From contig NC_068997.1 of the NCBI RefSeq assembly GCF_001194135.2, positions 1,661,747 through 1,725,746 of the forward strand: a stretch of 64,000 nucleotides of DNA. Reading direction: 5' to 3'. A program made the translations under genes and the position numbers. Within the stretch, counting starts at the first letter, position 1. Every line of letters starts with the position of its first letter. Source of the stretch: Octopus bimaculoides (Eukaryota). Shown in pieces: positions 40,232 to 54,240 of the stretch. The notes under the pieces were generated by a model. That model made no database searches and was not told the DNA's origin. It saw only the letters and a list, made by a program, of their open reading frames with translations.

Positions 40232-40460
40232 ACATACATATATATATATTAGTGTATGTGACTGAGTTTGTCCCCCACTGTCGTTTGATAATTGATGTTG
40301 GTTTGTTTACGTCCCCGTAACTTAGTGATTCGACAAAAGAATCGATAGAATAAGTAGCAGGCTAACTAAAACATTAAGTCCTGGGGTCGATTTCTTCAAC
40401 TGAAGGCGGTGCTGCAGCATGGCCGCAGTCAGATGACTGAAACAAATAAAACAATAAAAA
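39695..40460 (+). mobile_element. SINE family A split by a ~250-bp insert in its internal (TA)n tract
   Basis: 5' half ends GGAAACTGGAAGAATCCCGTCG(TA)n at about 39870. The 3' half resumes at about 40252 with GTCCCCGTAACTTAG...GATGACTGAAACAAATAAAA. Confidence 0.75.
39897..39966 (-). ncRNA. Decayed type-I hammerhead ribozyme motif
   Basis: Minus RNA: GCCAGAUAA-CUGAAGA-stem II-GAAAC-UCGGAA-UU-UUAUCAUGGC. Stem I is 5+4 bp with a bulge and stem III has a C.A mismatch. Confidence 0.5.
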
Positions 40461-42043
40461 AATATAAGCAACGTTCTTTTCTAAACGCGCACACGCACAA
40501 CAGACATACATATGTATATAATTCGAGGTGTATAAATAGATATATAGTAGAGAGACGATGATTGCAGAAATGATATGATGGATGAGTACATGGTAAAAAA
40601 GTAATGTTTCATGTTAACTTATAATGAATGTATTACGTCAGCAATGTGGTAATGTTTGTTTGTTTTTCTCCCCTGAGAATCAAGCACACAATTATTATGT
40701 CAGCCTTGAGGACTGTATTTCCAATTTGTGGCAGCAAGCGTAGTCTTGCAATCCATTCATTTACGCAATCTCTTAATAAAAAATCAATAACGCAATATGT
40801 CCAATTGTATGTGTAGACCTGCATAGGCACACATATATACTGTGATATTGTGTGTGTGTGTGCGTATGTGCGTGTAAGTGTGCGTGTATATTTTATTCAT
40901 ATATGTATATTTGCTTTGATGAATTGTTATTTACAAATGTACATATATACAAACTCACACATACACACACACACTTCCTGGGAAAGTATGGTTCATATGC
41001 GTCTCGGTTGACAATTTGTGAAAGTGCTTGTGTGTATGCATGTGAATGTTAGAATATCTGTCTGTGTGCGTGTGTGTCTATAAATGTTTGTATCTGTAAC
41101 TATAAAACAAATGGCCGTAATCAACCGGTGACGTGTCTGTTTTTCTATAAGAACATATAGATTCATATTTTGTTAATTTTGTGCTGTCATCTTTTGCAAA
41201 ATAGAAATATTCTACAAGAATAATAAAATATTAAAAATAAAAGAATGAACGTAGTTTACATTTAACGTTTTGTTATTTTTTGTCATATTTTAAACATTTC
41301 TATCAAATTTTTTTCTATGTTTTGTTTGGCAACTTCAAAGACATAGATATATATTCTAAAGTTATGTGTCATTACGAGGAAGAAGCGAAAAAGTAATTGT
41401 TAATAGTTAAAAAAAAACATTTATAACCACGTTGAAACATTAAAACATATTGGCAGTGTGTTTATCTCGATTTCACAATTACAAAATATTTACCAGTCCG
41501 TTTTATATATTTATTATGTTATATAGGAAGGAATTAAAATTATTTTATGATGCGATATCCTCTCGATATTTCATTCCCCCTCCTTCTCCTCCCCTCCTTC
41601 TTCATTCCGTGTTGTATTGCACAACGGTCCGTTCTAAAACGATTCCAACGTCATATCAGTGTTAACGCCAATTTCCGGAGAAACGAAGTTTGTGGTCCTC
41701 TACAACTGTTCTCACGAATCGATGTACCCAATTCTGATACAAAAAATTAAGAGAGAACAAGTATTCTCCTCAGTATTGTAGTTGTGCTTTATTTACTAAA
41801 CCCCAGGGAACGAGCTCAAGTCGATGTCAGCGTTATTTGAATTGAACTCGCAAAGAGTATGAATAAATACCGGAAGACACGCTAAGCGATGCTCACTTTA
41901 AGGATTCTATCAAACCAGCATGTTGATACATTTCGAATAACATTGTTTCTTTTAACCAGTGAACGTGGCAATATAATTTAAAGCAGTGGTTCTTAATCTA
42001 CAGATCCCAAACGCAAACTGAGCCATAGTATAATCATGAACGA

Positions 42044-42300
42044 GTGAAGGCGCATGGAATAGTGGTTGGGGTATTACACGCACGATCGCATCATCTTGGT
42101 TTTGATTTTCAAACAGGGCAGTTCATTGTATTTTTGAGCAAAACCCTTCGTTTCACGTTGTTCCAGCCCACTCAGCTCATAAAAGACTAGTAACGGACTG
42201 GGGCCTCCTTTAGTGAGTATGTTGGGACCCCGGTCACTTATACGGCATGGAAACCAGATAATGTGCCTTACGAGTTGTAGGACTTAAGGTAGTAATGCCC
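42044..42300 (+). mobile_element. SINE family C
   Basis: GTGAAGGCGCATGGAATAGTGGTTGGGG head and TTGAGCAAAACCCTT...TTCACGTTGTTCCAGCCCACTCAGCT body. Confidence 0.65.
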
Positions 42301-44037
42301 CGATGTCCATAATCATGAAAGATTCACAAATGCAAAAGAATTTTACTTTTGAAATATTAGATATATTTTAAAGCGCTTTTTAACATGTTATAGAATACAT
42401 CCCACACGTAGAAGCTACAATATATCATTAACAAAAATTTGAATGAACATTGAATCAAAAGTTGATCACAATATCGATTTGTTAAAGAATTGAACATGTT
42501 TCTAGGGTGATGATTTCTTTGGCGCATCAGAGTGAGAAATAACAAAACTCTAAGGAATTCCTATTTTATTACAAGGTAATTTCATTAAAGTGTTAACACA
42601 TTTTGAATGTCATATGGTTGTTGCCTTAATACTGAATAGCAGTGAAGAAACGTAAATTAAGCGAAATATTAATAATGAAATATAGAAGCTACTGTACTTC
42701 ATGTTTCTATGGTTTAAATGGCCATGAAATAATATCCCAAGGAACATCGTCTTATCAATTAATAAGAGTTCAAATTAATAATCTTAACAAGTATTTCCAG
42801 ATAAGCTGTTATAACAGGAAAGTTTAACCTGCAATTAACATTCCCCTAAAATTGATCTGGAAGGATATTAGATTTTCTAATGTTGTTCATTGCACGAAGC
42901 TTTGTTAATTTGATATCTTTGCAAACGTTTAAATATTTGTAGCATAGCGAAAACGAGTGAAATAGCTAGAATTAGATACTGCTAACTTACTGACTATTGA
43001 GTTTAATGGATAGCTGGGACTGTTCTTCCTTGAGTACATTCGAACTCCAGGACATAGAATTTGAATTCGATTTCTAAGAGAATCTTTTGAGATAACCAGA
43101 AGTCAACGTTGGATGACAACGAAAACTTAATTTCTTTGAATTCAATCTTAACAATATCATTGTTAAGAACGACCAAGAACCACAGAATATAATTTCATTA
43201 ACACTATTTATCAAAACATTGCTTAACTTCTGTCTTGAGATTGTTTCCTTTTAAACAGAACCAAGCCAAACTAATAAAGGATATACTACGCAACATTATT
43301 ACCCATAGGCCATCGCTGGTCATGAAGAACAACGTTGCTCTAGCCAAGCCATGATAATTCCAGGATTTTCTTTCGAGACAAATTGTATCCAAGACTCTGA
43401 TATGTATAATACACTTTTCTGGTAAACTGGGAGGTTTTGATTTGTGAGAGATGTAGCTGTTGTTTCTTTTGCAATTATGTGTGTCACGGTTCAATCCCAG
43501 TTCGCCTTGAATCAATGTAAAAATGGATCTACGGAACAAGGCCTAGCAAAGACTCCCGCTAGCTTATCACCATCAGCTAACTCTTACACTCTGTTGTAAC
43601 TATTCGTGTCGGAGGTGGGGGAATACAACATCAACAAGAAAATAGTATTTATTTATTTCATTTCTGCTATTAGCACTGAAGACCGTGCAATAGAATCTTC
43701 AAGAAAGTTAGGCACACCACACCACTATTGGAAGATCTACAAATGCCATGTAATAAATTCAGGAAGCGTTCATTGCTCGTACGAAAAGACACTGCACATA
43801 GGTAATAATAAACGATTCGAAGTGATGACCGTATTTCTACTTCATCAAGAGAGCAACTTAGGGACTTCCTGCAGCCGCCAAAAACAGTTTTATACTATAA
43901 ATTTAATATTATAGCTTTTCTACGAGAGCGCTAGTAGTATAAGAATATACATGGATATACATGCATACATTCCTGTGTTTGTGTGTGTGTAAACGTGTGT
44001 GTGAGCATATTTAAATGTTTAAATGTATATACAAGTA

Positions 44038-44901
44038 CAGGGTGTAGTGAGTAAACTGTCGTCTAAATTACGCAAACATGAAAATAACACTGACATCTCA
44101 TTTTAACATATCTATTTACCAAAATTATATAAAAATATCTTGATACACTAAAGAGTGAATTTATTCAATAAGATCACCATTGGCTTCAGCCACGGCCTCC
44201 AGACGACTTCGGAATCTCAGGAAACTCTTCTGAATGGTCTCTTTGTTTAAGTTGGTGAATGCTGCCATAATCCTTGCCTTCAGTTCATCTTTGATGTTAC
44301 AAGGAGTTTTGTTGGTCTCCCGCTCAACTGTGTCCCACACATAATAATGAAGGGATTGCAGTCTGTAGAGTTAGGTGGGCAGATGTTAGGGGTGGTGTGG
44401 TCGCAGAAATTGTCTGACAACTATGATTGGGTTCTCCTGCTTGTGTGGCAAGGTGCAAAGTCCTGTGGCGAGACATAGGGTCTTCCAGCAGCTTGACCCA
44501 GGCAACACTACCTCCTCCAGGCACGTAATGTAGGCCTCTGTGTTGAGTCTGAAGCCATATGGGAAGATGAATAGAGGCATAACGTCGCCATCATTAGTGA
44601 TCACTTCAAACACCATGATGTTGACTGGATGTTTGATTTTTATCACTCTCAGTACATGTCCTCAAACTCACACCCAAACACTCTGAAACGTTCGTATCGG
44701 AGCTTCCGGCGCGAATGCTAAGCAGCACAGCATGGCGTTTCCAAATTACTGGCAGAGTGAATAACGTCTTGGTGCTGTTTTCCTCACAGACGGTGCACAG
44801 CCGACACTACTATACTGTGTAGTCGACAAAATCAAAAACACACAATGCGCATTTGTGAAATAAAAAATATAAAATGGCAACAATTTACCCATCGCACCCT
44901 G
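44038..44901 (-). mobile_element. Internally deleted maT (DD37D) transposon
   Basis: TIRs CAGGGTGTAGTGAGTAAACTG and CAGGGTGCGATGGGTAAATTG with TA TSD. Minus strand gives KHPVNIMVF..ITNDGDVMP and QDFAPCHTSRRTQ...PPNSTDCNP, with 37 residues to the frameshifted third D. Confidence 0.9.
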
Positions 44902-45104
44902 TAAATAAAAGCACATTCATATGAATTCACACACATAAACATACGCACGCATATACGTTCAAGCACAGATTTGGCTGCGTTGGTAAGAAGCTTGCTTTGC
45001 AATTATGCAGTCTTAGGTTCAGCCATACCGTGCGACATCTTCTACGATTGTCATTTATTGAGATTTTAGACGAACGAATCGGCCCTACTAGTTATTTTTT
45101 TGAA

Positions 45105-45250
45105 GCCTGTTTCTTATTCTATCGGTTCTTTCTGCCGAACCAGAAATTTACGAGGAGGTAAAGACACCAACACCGTTGGTGAGGAGCAGACACCCACATA
45201 CACACACACACACACAAAGACACACACATACAAATACACACACACACAAA

Positions 45251-45322
<72 letters not shown>

Positions 45323-45538
45323 TATATATACACACACACACACGCACACACATATATATGTATATACACATACAAACACGACGGTCTTTTTCAGTTTCTG
45401 TCTACCGAAACCAGTCATAAGTCATTGTTGACTGAGGCTATAGTAGAAAACAGTCACTAAGGTAACACGCAGTGGGACTGAACCCGGGACCATGAGGTTT
45501 GTAAGCAAGCTTCTTACCAAACATTGACGTCTGCGCCT
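45105..45538 (-). mobile_element. SINE family A
   Basis: TTATTCTATCGGTTC tail, (CA)n tract and GCAGTGGGACTGAACCCGGGACCATG...CTGCGCCT head. Confidence 0.85.
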
Positions 45539-46841
45539 GCAAACTATTACCATCCCGAAATATAAGAACACACACGCACACACTATTTTACAATTCAATA
45601 ATAACGTTGTAATCGATAAGCTGAACGCAGTTTGTTTGAGAAACTGAAATGTAATCAGAAACAGAGAATCTATAATTCGAAAAGGAATGCAGTTAGAGAG
45701 TCGATGAGTTGGTGCGTTAATCCGATTGGATTGATACGTTAATGAAGACGCTTCCCACATTTCTTCTGGAATTATCGAGTTACAGACATTAATGATTATT
45801 CCTATAGGTTAGCTGATCCAGTTTACACTGTGCTTCACCGTATATTTTTCGCTCTACCTTGCATTCAATTATACACGAATTAATTATAAGCGAGCGGTCA
45901 GGTAGGCCAGCAGCTACATTGCATTCTTCAGCTGTCAGCGAATGTTCTTTCTTTGAGAATCTCTGAAGAATTGCTTGTTGAACAAACGAATTTGGTAAGA
46001 TCTCATATATCACTCGATAGAATTACGTGAAATGTGTAGTTCTTCAATATAAGTCATTTGTGAAGTTATTCGAGTGAAATGAAGCTTAAAGTTAAATATT
46101 ATTTCTTTGTTTCGCGTATTATTGTGTCTGTCTTACTAATCAGATCTATTGTGATTTACTGTATGAATGAGGGGCAGCTATATTCTTGTTGGTGTTGCTG
46201 TTGTTTAGTTCCAGTTCAGAACTGATAGGACAGATGTATGGTAAAAAAGCACTCCCATGTTTTAAATATTTACGACAACATTCCCCAATGCCTTTCCTTT
46301 GTAAGACGAGGGCGTTGCATTTACAAAATCGGCTGCTAGTTATAGCGAATTCAGTAACTGCATAAAGATGCGTCCATCGTTGTTGTCAGCTTTGATCGAC
46401 AAGCCAATGATTTGCGTTATTCTATCTGCAAGAAATCCAGATGTGCGATATACAATATGTTCATTTCTAACGCAGCATTAAGGATTTGAGGAGATTTGGC
46501 TGTTATTACTAGTATGCCGAATGATCAGCCTTGGGCAAGTAAATGGAAGATACGGCAGGCTGCCGAATCATGTTCCTTTCAATTTTTTGTTACCTTCCTT
46601 TGCAATGTAATTTCAAATCTTGCCATAATCTACATTTCTGCTATGGTATCCTAATTTATAAAGTACCAGTAATACATTGGTAATTAATTAATTCCTTCGA
46701 AAACTTGGAATATGTGGTATTGAGTCAATGACTAGTAACAGTAATGCCGAGGTGTCAGAGGAAATACAAACAGATCGATTGATTAGAAGCTTCCCATTAT
46801 TGATTATTCTTATGATACAGTTCTCTTCTCAAACGTTCACA

Positions 46842-47044
46842 TTTTTACTATAGACACAAGGTCTGAAATTCTTGGGGAGGGGACTAGTCGATTACACCGA
46901 CCCCAGTACATAACTGGTACTTAATTTATTGACCCCGAAAGAAGGAAAGGCAAAGTCAACTTCGGCGAAATTTGAACTCAGAACGTAGCGACGGGCAAAA
47001 TACCGCTAAGCATTTCGTCTAGCGCGCTAACAATTCTGCCAGCT
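46842..47044 (-). mobile_element. SINE family B, well preserved
   Basis: CCCCAGTACATAACTGGTACTTAATTTATTGACCCCGAAAG...GAACTCAGAACGTAG...CTAACAATTCTGCCAGCT. Confidence 0.9.
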
Positions 47045-47681
47045 TAATAATGATAATAATAATGATAATAATAATGATAATAATAAGGATAACAGAACGC
47101 TCGCTTTCTGAATGAACATTTCCACAAAACTAAAGACATATGTGAGAAATTATATGTTGTAACATGGTATCGTTGTTACTATTGTTGTTGCTGTGATTGT
47201 GACGTCACCGTTAATATCAGCGAGATAATTAGTTAGTGACAATTGTACGCGTTCGTTAGTGTTGGTTAGGCAATCAAACCGAACAAGATCCGATAATGAT
47301 TACAGAAAAAAAAAATGGAATGTTTTAAAATGGTCTCCAAGTAAAATCTGGATAAATTCTACAAGAGAACAGCAAAAACAGAGAAAGTATTGTTGGTGTA
47401 TAGAAGTAATTTCTGAAGATGGCAGTTGTGTAAATTGAACGTATTTAAAAATATGGTTTTGGTTGTTAGATTCCATATCTTTTTCGAATAAACGATCTTG
47501 GAGAAAGATGGCGAGAGGGAGTGAGAGAGAGGGAGTGAGAGAGAGAGAGTGAGAGAGAGGGAGTGAGAGAGACGGAGTGAGAGAGAGAGAGTGAGTGAGA
47601 GGGAGTGAGAGAGAGGGAGTGAGAGAGAGGGAGAGAGAAGTAGCAAGAGAGAAGCAAAGACAAAGAGAGAGAGAGACAGAC

Positions 47682-47722
<41 letters not shown>

Positions 47723-47786
47723 AAGAAAGAGGGAAGAAGTTGATAGAACGGTAGAGAAGGGAAGTTGAGAGTAGGTNNNNNNNNNN

Positions 47787-47819
<33 letters not shown>

Positions 47820-47940
47820 GATGGAATATAGGGAGAGAGAGGGGAACGGGGAGGGTAGAGATAGAGAGAGAGATAGGACTGCAAGTGATAGGGAGGCGAA
47901 AGATAGAGTTAAGTATTCTGGTATAAAATAGATGCAATAT

Positions 47941-48077
47941 CCTTTTCTATTCTAGGGACAAGGCCCGAAATTTTGGGAGAGGGTTCAGTCGATTAGATCG
48001 ACCCCAGTACGCAACTGGTACTTAATTTATCGACCCCGAAATGATGAAAGGGAAAGTCGACCTCGGCAGAATTTGAA
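47941..48077 (-). mobile_element. SINE family B, head missing
   Basis: GACCCCAGTACGCAACTGGTACTTAATTTATCGACCCCGAAATGATGAAAGG; the sequence stops inside the B-box. Confidence 0.85.
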
Positions 48078-48484
48078 AATACATGCAATATCATTAATTG
48101 TTGATTAATGTTGAAGTCTGGTAGAAGTATTATAGAGTTGAATGTAATTAAGTTCTTAGTTCGAATATAGTCGACATTACCTTTGCCGTTCATATTTTTG
48201 GGGTCAATAAAATAAAGTACCAGTAGAATACTGAGGATCTACATAATCAGCTAAACCTTCCTCAACATCTTTGTGGTCTTGTAGAGTAGTAATAATATTA
48301 ATATAGTTGCAATACCGTTAATATGACGGTAGTCGTATTAATATAGTAGACATCATATTATCAATAACAACTCGATAATTTGAAAGAATTAGTAGAGAAT
48401 CAGAACTCTTGATAGTATTTTTCTTTGTCATCGAATCCTCGCAGCATTCGTTTGAAGTCCAAGGCGATGGAGTGACTGAGAAAA

Positions 48485-48700
48485 TATATTGGTTTCAAAT
48501 GTTGGCAGAAGGACAGGTGTTTCGGGGAAAAGGGTAAGTCGATTACATCGACTCCAGTGACCAACTGGTACTTGTTTTATCGAGTCCGAAAGGATGAAAA
48601 GTAAAGTCGACCTCAGTGGGATTTGAAACTAGAACTTAAGGACGGGCGGACGGACAAACGAAATGCTACCACGCGTGCTAATGATTCTGCCAACTCGCTG
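48485..48700 (-). mobile_element. SINE family B
   Basis: Full body and head in reverse orientation. Confidence 0.8.
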
Positions 48701-48734
48701 AAACAATATATTGTAATACTTAGTAATGCTTAAA

Positions 48735-48958
48735 TGTAGTGAGCTGGAAAAATTGTTACCGCGCCAAGCAAAATGCTTAGCGGTATTTAGCCCATCTTTA
48801 CGTGCTGAGTTCAAATTACGCCAAGGTTGACTTTGGCTTTCATCCTTTCGCGGTCAATGAATTAAGTACCAGTCAATACTGGAGTCGATGTAGTCGATTG
48901 TACCCCCTCTTCCAAAGTTTTCAGGCCATGTGCCTATAGTAGAATGGATTATTATTAT
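48735..48958 (+). mobile_element. SINE family B, head-to-head with the previous copy
   Basis: GTGAGCTGGAAAAATTGTTACC...AAAATGCTTAGCGGTATTT...CTGAGTTCAAATT. Confidence 0.8.
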
Positions 48959-50257
48959 CTACACAACAGCGATGCCTTAAATAGTGAAAACGACAAATAG
49001 CGTGTGGTATTTAGTTATATCTTTTTGCATTCTGAGTTCACGTTCAGCCAAACTCAGCTTTGTTTTCCACTAAATTCTAGAGCATTAAAGCAAAGACTAA
49101 TCGGGTAGTGGTGGGGAGGTCACCTACTCCCTTGTCATGTTCTCTATGTTACGATGTGGCAAATAAAAATTCTTTAAAGTCGTTAGAAACGTACTGTAGT
49201 ATGAGTCTCTACAGCAAGCTTAGCCAACATTCTTAATAGAAGCGGGTGGCATCAGGCGGGCTGTGCTGTTCAAAGTACAAACGGTAATTTTTCTTCGGAA
49301 AAGACGCAGGTTGCGCAAGACTGCTCTATATGTTCCGTCCACCGGCTAGAAATGGTTAGAAATAGCAGCCAGCTCTTCAAGTCATACTCTAAACAATGTC
49401 TTAAATAACGCAAGGCTTCTTCAGATGATGTAGTATTATGTACATATACCCTTCTTAGGACGGAATGGTCATAGCTGGAACGCATTTGATTCGATGTAAT
49501 CGTTCTGAACTAATGTGGGGTTTATTCAAAGCAACCTATTAAGAGATTCTGCGCCAGAAAATATATTTAGTGAAAAGAACTTTGGTAATATATGCTGACA
49601 TTTGGAACTAAATTGTCTCGTAGACATGTCAACAGAGTTATAAGGAAGCATCTAATATTGGTGACGGCACTAAATATCCATTGCAACGGAAGCCAGTAGC
49701 TGTAACAATGCATAAATTGCATTCTGTTTAATAGGTTCACATTTTTTAAATCTCTGCTCTTCCATCTTTCGTTTCTTCAAGTTTGGCTAGCAACGACGGG
49801 GAATTTTCAGTATATGCTACACCAACATAAGCTATAGTAGAATGGCGATAGTAAACAAAAGATTTAGAAGGTGAACGGATAAAAACATGATGCAAAGAGA
49901 CAGAATAGGTGGAAATCAATGAAAATATGAAAAAATAAATAAAGATTAGGAGAGAAAGCAACCACACGGAAGGCTTCCGTTGTATAACATTTTACTTTTT
50001 ATTGCTCCCAGTTTCTTTTGATTCTGTCAGTCAAGAGAATGGAGAGAAAAAGGAGGAGTTATTTACGAGATGCAACCATTCTTATGACTTTGACCGAAAT
50101 ATTGATAGCAGTTCCTATTAATATCAACATAAAAAACACGTTATTCATATTACACAGAGATTTCGGGGAAAACTCCTATTATCAAATGAGGTTTTAGTGT
50201 ATGTGTGTCTGAAGGCACCAAAACACACGCACACGCGCACGCAAATGCACACACACA

Positions 50258-50338
<81 letters not shown>

Positions 50339-50379
50339 ACACGCACGCACACAAACAGACGCACAGATATATTTTTACG

Positions 50380-50735
50380 TGCTTCAATCGCTGGACTGCG
50401 ATCAGGTGGGGGCACCGTCATTGAATGTCGAACAAAACAAAGCGCCTCCTGAATCGTCCGATAGAATAAGACTGGTACTTATTCTATCGGATATTGTGCT
50501 GAACCGGTAGGTTGCGGGACGTAAACAATCTAACACCCAACATCGGTTGTCAAGTAGTGAAAGGAAAGGCACACACAAAGACATATATGTACGACAGAGT
50601 TCTACACAGTTTCCGTCTACCGAATTCAATTAGAAAGCATTGGTCGGCTCGGGACTATATTGGAATACGCCAGTCGAAGGTGCAGTAGCAATGAACTCAA
50701 AACCTTGCGTTCATAAAACTAGATTCTTCACGGTA
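50380..50735 (-). mobile_element. SINE family A, diverged
   Basis: GGTACTTATTCTATCGG...CATCGGTTGTCAAG...CAGTTTCCGTCTACC. Confidence 0.7.
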
Positions 50736-51599
50736 TCGGCTGGCCTGCTCTNNNNNNNNNNTATATATATAAACATATATAAATTTATATAAATAAGGAT
50801 GAGATCATTATTTACAATATCGATCTTATCAGGTGGCCAGCATGGGAATAAAAGCCTCAAAGGTAATAATTATTATTAAAATTAAAATTAAGGGTATATA
50901 CGAGATTAAATTATCCAGTGATTTTTTGCTAGTTTATTTTGTCTCTTTGTCTCCTCTCCTGGTGCTGTATGAACATTTAATGTAGTCTTAGTGTCAAGTT
51001 TTGGCTACTATATCTAGCGTGGTGGTATCTCTTAGATACTCTTAATTATAATTTTATATATAAATATATATATACGTATATACAAACAAACTCACACACA
51101 CACACACACACACACGCACACATTTAGATGATATAATACATACATGCACACACACGCATACACACATGCGACCGCGTATGCATAACTGCGCAGTTTGCAG
51201 GTTTATTTATGACCATTCCTTCACAGGAAAGTGAATATTTTTCGCTTAAATTCATAAATTTATCCTGATAATAAACAAATGCCATGAATATAAACTCTAT
51301 TCTACAGAACGGCTTAACCAAGCTGCAGTCTAATTTGATTTACAAACACCTCATGAAACGCTGCTACCATATATATATACTGATAATATACGAAATATAG
51401 GGTTAGTTAAGAGTTAATAGACTTCGACGGAGACTTTGTAAGATGGCTGTGTAATTTAGTTGTTGTATTGTTATGAAACGTGAAGGTGAAGATATCAGTT
51501 CTAAAGTGAAAAATTGATCAATGACCGTGCATTAACAAATGTTTATTGGCGGAGGTCACTCATATTTAATTAATATGATTTTGTAGGATATATTTTATA

Positions 51600-52153
51600 T
51601 TTTACTTGGTCCGATTATTAGCCTGCGACCATTCTGGGGCAATGTATTGAAGGATGCAGCCGAACAAATCGACCTAGCACTTATCTGTAACGTCTGTTAC
51701 TTATACTATCGTTTCTTTTTGTCGAAGCGCTAGGTCACGAGCCTGTAAGCAATCCAACAATCCGGTTGTCAAGCAGCAGTGTGGGAAATATGTACGTGTG
51801 TGTGTGTGTGTGTGTGTGTGTGNNNNNNNNNNNNNNNNNNNNNNNNNNNNNNNNNNNNNNNNNNNNNNNNNNNNNNNNNNNNNNNNNNNNNNNNNNNNNN
51901 NNNNNNNNNNNNNNNNNNNNNNNNNNNNNNNNNNNNNNNNNNNNNNNNNNNNNNNNNNNNNNNNNNNNNNNNNNNNNNNNNNNNNNNNNNNNNNNNNNNN
52001 NNNNNNNNNNNNNNNNNNNNNNNNNNNNNNNNNNNNNNNNNNNNNNNNNNNNNNNTATTCCCAAGGTTCAGCTTGGCCCGGAGCTCTAGTAGAAGACGCT
52101 TGTCCAAGATGCCACGCATTGGAACTCAACCGCAAACCGTGAGGCTGTGAGTG
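51600..52153 (-). mobile_element. SINE family A spanning an assembly gap
   Basis: Tail lies before the gap (CCGGTTGTCAAGC) and head after it (AGTAGAAGACGCTTGTCCAAGATGCCACGCA). Confidence 0.7.
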
Positions 52154-52250
52154 TGTATGAATGTATTCGTATATTCTTATATATGTGCGTATATGTGCGC
52201 GCGTGTGTGTATAAATATGTATATTTGTGTATATATGTGTATATATATAT

Positions 52251-52294
<44 letters not shown>

Positions 52295-52808
52295 ATACAC
52301 ACACACACAAACACACACACATATATATATATTGCCGCAGAATCCTTTGTAGTTTTGTTGTTATTATTTTTTTCTTTTGGATTTACAATTTATATATATA
52401 TATATATATAAACTATTTGTGTATAGATGTATACGTATAAACTTCTTACCACTCAACCATATTCCCTAAACACAAGCCTACTCCATAAATTAGAACATAG
52501 AAATGCGCAAGATTGGTGCGGTTCAAAGATGATTGAAGCTTTTTAATCCCTGTTATTGGTGGAAGGAAGCATATTTTGGGGGCGGAGAGAGATTACTAGT
52601 GTGTGTTGATTCGTGTACTTTAGTTACGGAGGTCCAAAGGATGATAAGATTGTCCTCAGTGTAAGTGGAAATCACCAGGGTGTTAAGGTGCGTGAATGTG
52701 ATGGGCTTCAAATGAACACTCCAGAAATATTCAGGTTAAATTCATTTTGAATGTCTAATGGCTTGGATATCGTTCGTTACTTATATTTTTTGTGCTTGTT
52801 CCTATGCA

Positions 52809-52857
<49 letters not shown>

Positions 52858-53155
52858 GTCTGTCTGTCTGTCTGTCTGTCTGTCAAGGTTCTGGTAAAAG
52901 ACTTGTAGTCTGCTATGCAAAGCTCGTCCGCGGTGTTGGCCTATCTGATGTCATTAACAGTGGAAACGCTTTTGCTACTGAATATACATCAGGAATACCA
53001 TTAGTATGCGTAGAATTTAGATTCCTATTTATATTTTCTATCATTTATCTATCTATCATATACATATGTATATTATCATACACACACATACACACACACA
53101 CACAGACACACACATACATGGTTATGTGGATATGTACAAATATACATACATACAT

Positions 53156-53205
<50 letters not shown>

Positions 53206-53783
53206 GTATATGCGCACGTTTTACATGCAAGCACACATGAAAATATATTTGGAATATACTNNNNNNNNNNNNNNNNNNNNNNNNNNNNNNNNNNNNNNNN
53301 NNNNNNNNNNNNNNNNNNNNNNNNNNNNNNNNNNNNNNNNNNNNNNNNNNNNNNNNNNNNNNNNNNNNNNNNNNNNNNNNNNNNNNNNNNNNNNNNNNNN
53401 NNNNNNNNNNNNNNNNNNNNNNNNNNNNNNNNNNNNNNNNNNNNNNNNNNNNNNNNNNNNNNNNNNNNNNNNNNNNNNNNNNNNNNNNNNNNNNNNNNNN
53501 NNNNNNNNNNNNNNNNNNNNNNNNNNNNNNNNNNNNNNNNNNNNNNNNNNNNNNNNNNNNNNNNNNNNNNNNNNNNNNNNNNNNNNNNNNNNNNNNNNNN
53601 NNNNNNNNNNNNNNNNNNNNNNNNNNNNNNNNNNNNNNNNNNNNNNNNNNNNNNNNNNNNNNNNNNNNNNNNNNNNNNNNNNNNNNNNNNNNNNNNNNNN
53701 NNNNNNNNNNNNNNNNNNNNNNNNNNNNNNNNNNNNNNNNNNNNNNNNNNNNNNNNNNNNNNNNNNNNNNNNNNNNNNNNNNN

Positions 53784-54035
53784 CGGAAACTGAAAGAAGC
53801 CCGTCGTATATATGTATATATATATATATGTGTGTGTGTATGTTTGTGTGTCTGTGTTTGTCCCCCTAGCATTGCTTGACATCCGATGCTGGTGTGTTTA
53901 TGTCCCCGTCAATTAGCGGTTCGGCAAAAGAGACCAATAGAATAAGTACTAGGCTTCCAAAGAATAATTCCTGGGGTCTATTTGCTCGACTAAAGGCGGT
54001 GCTCCAGCATGGCCGCAGTCAAATGACAGAAACAA

Positions 54036-54045
<10 letters not shown>
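53784..54045 (+). mobile_element. SINE family A 3' part, apparently young copy
   Basis: CGGAAACTGAAAGAAGCCCGTCG(TA)n...TAAAGGCGGTGCTCCAGCATGGCCGCAGTCAAATGACAGAAACAAGTAAAAG. Confidence 0.9.
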
Positions 54046-54075
<30 letters not shown>

Positions 54076-54155
54076 AAGCATACGTTTGCACACGCACATC
54101 GAGACAAAAGTATGCACGTCTATTCACACGCTCCCTCCTTCCCTTTATCTCTTTC

Positions 54156-54240
54156 CCCGAAAGGATGAAAGGCAAAGTCTACATCGGTGGAAATTGAACT
54201 CAGAACGTAACGACAGACGAAATACCGGTATTTGTTTGGC
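54156..54240 (-). mobile_element. SINE family B fragment
   Basis: CCCCGAAAGGATGAAAGGCAAAGTCTACATCGGTGGAAATTGAACTCAGAACGTAACGAC. Confidence 0.8.

Noticed and set aside
43204-43539. 111-aa ORF and a possible plus-strand exon at about 43308-43412
   Set aside because: No recognisable homology and only moderate splice sites.
50985-51045. Possible hammerhead relic in a PLE-like fragment
   Set aside because: Both core boxes are altered (CUAAGA, AAAAC) and stem I does not pair well.
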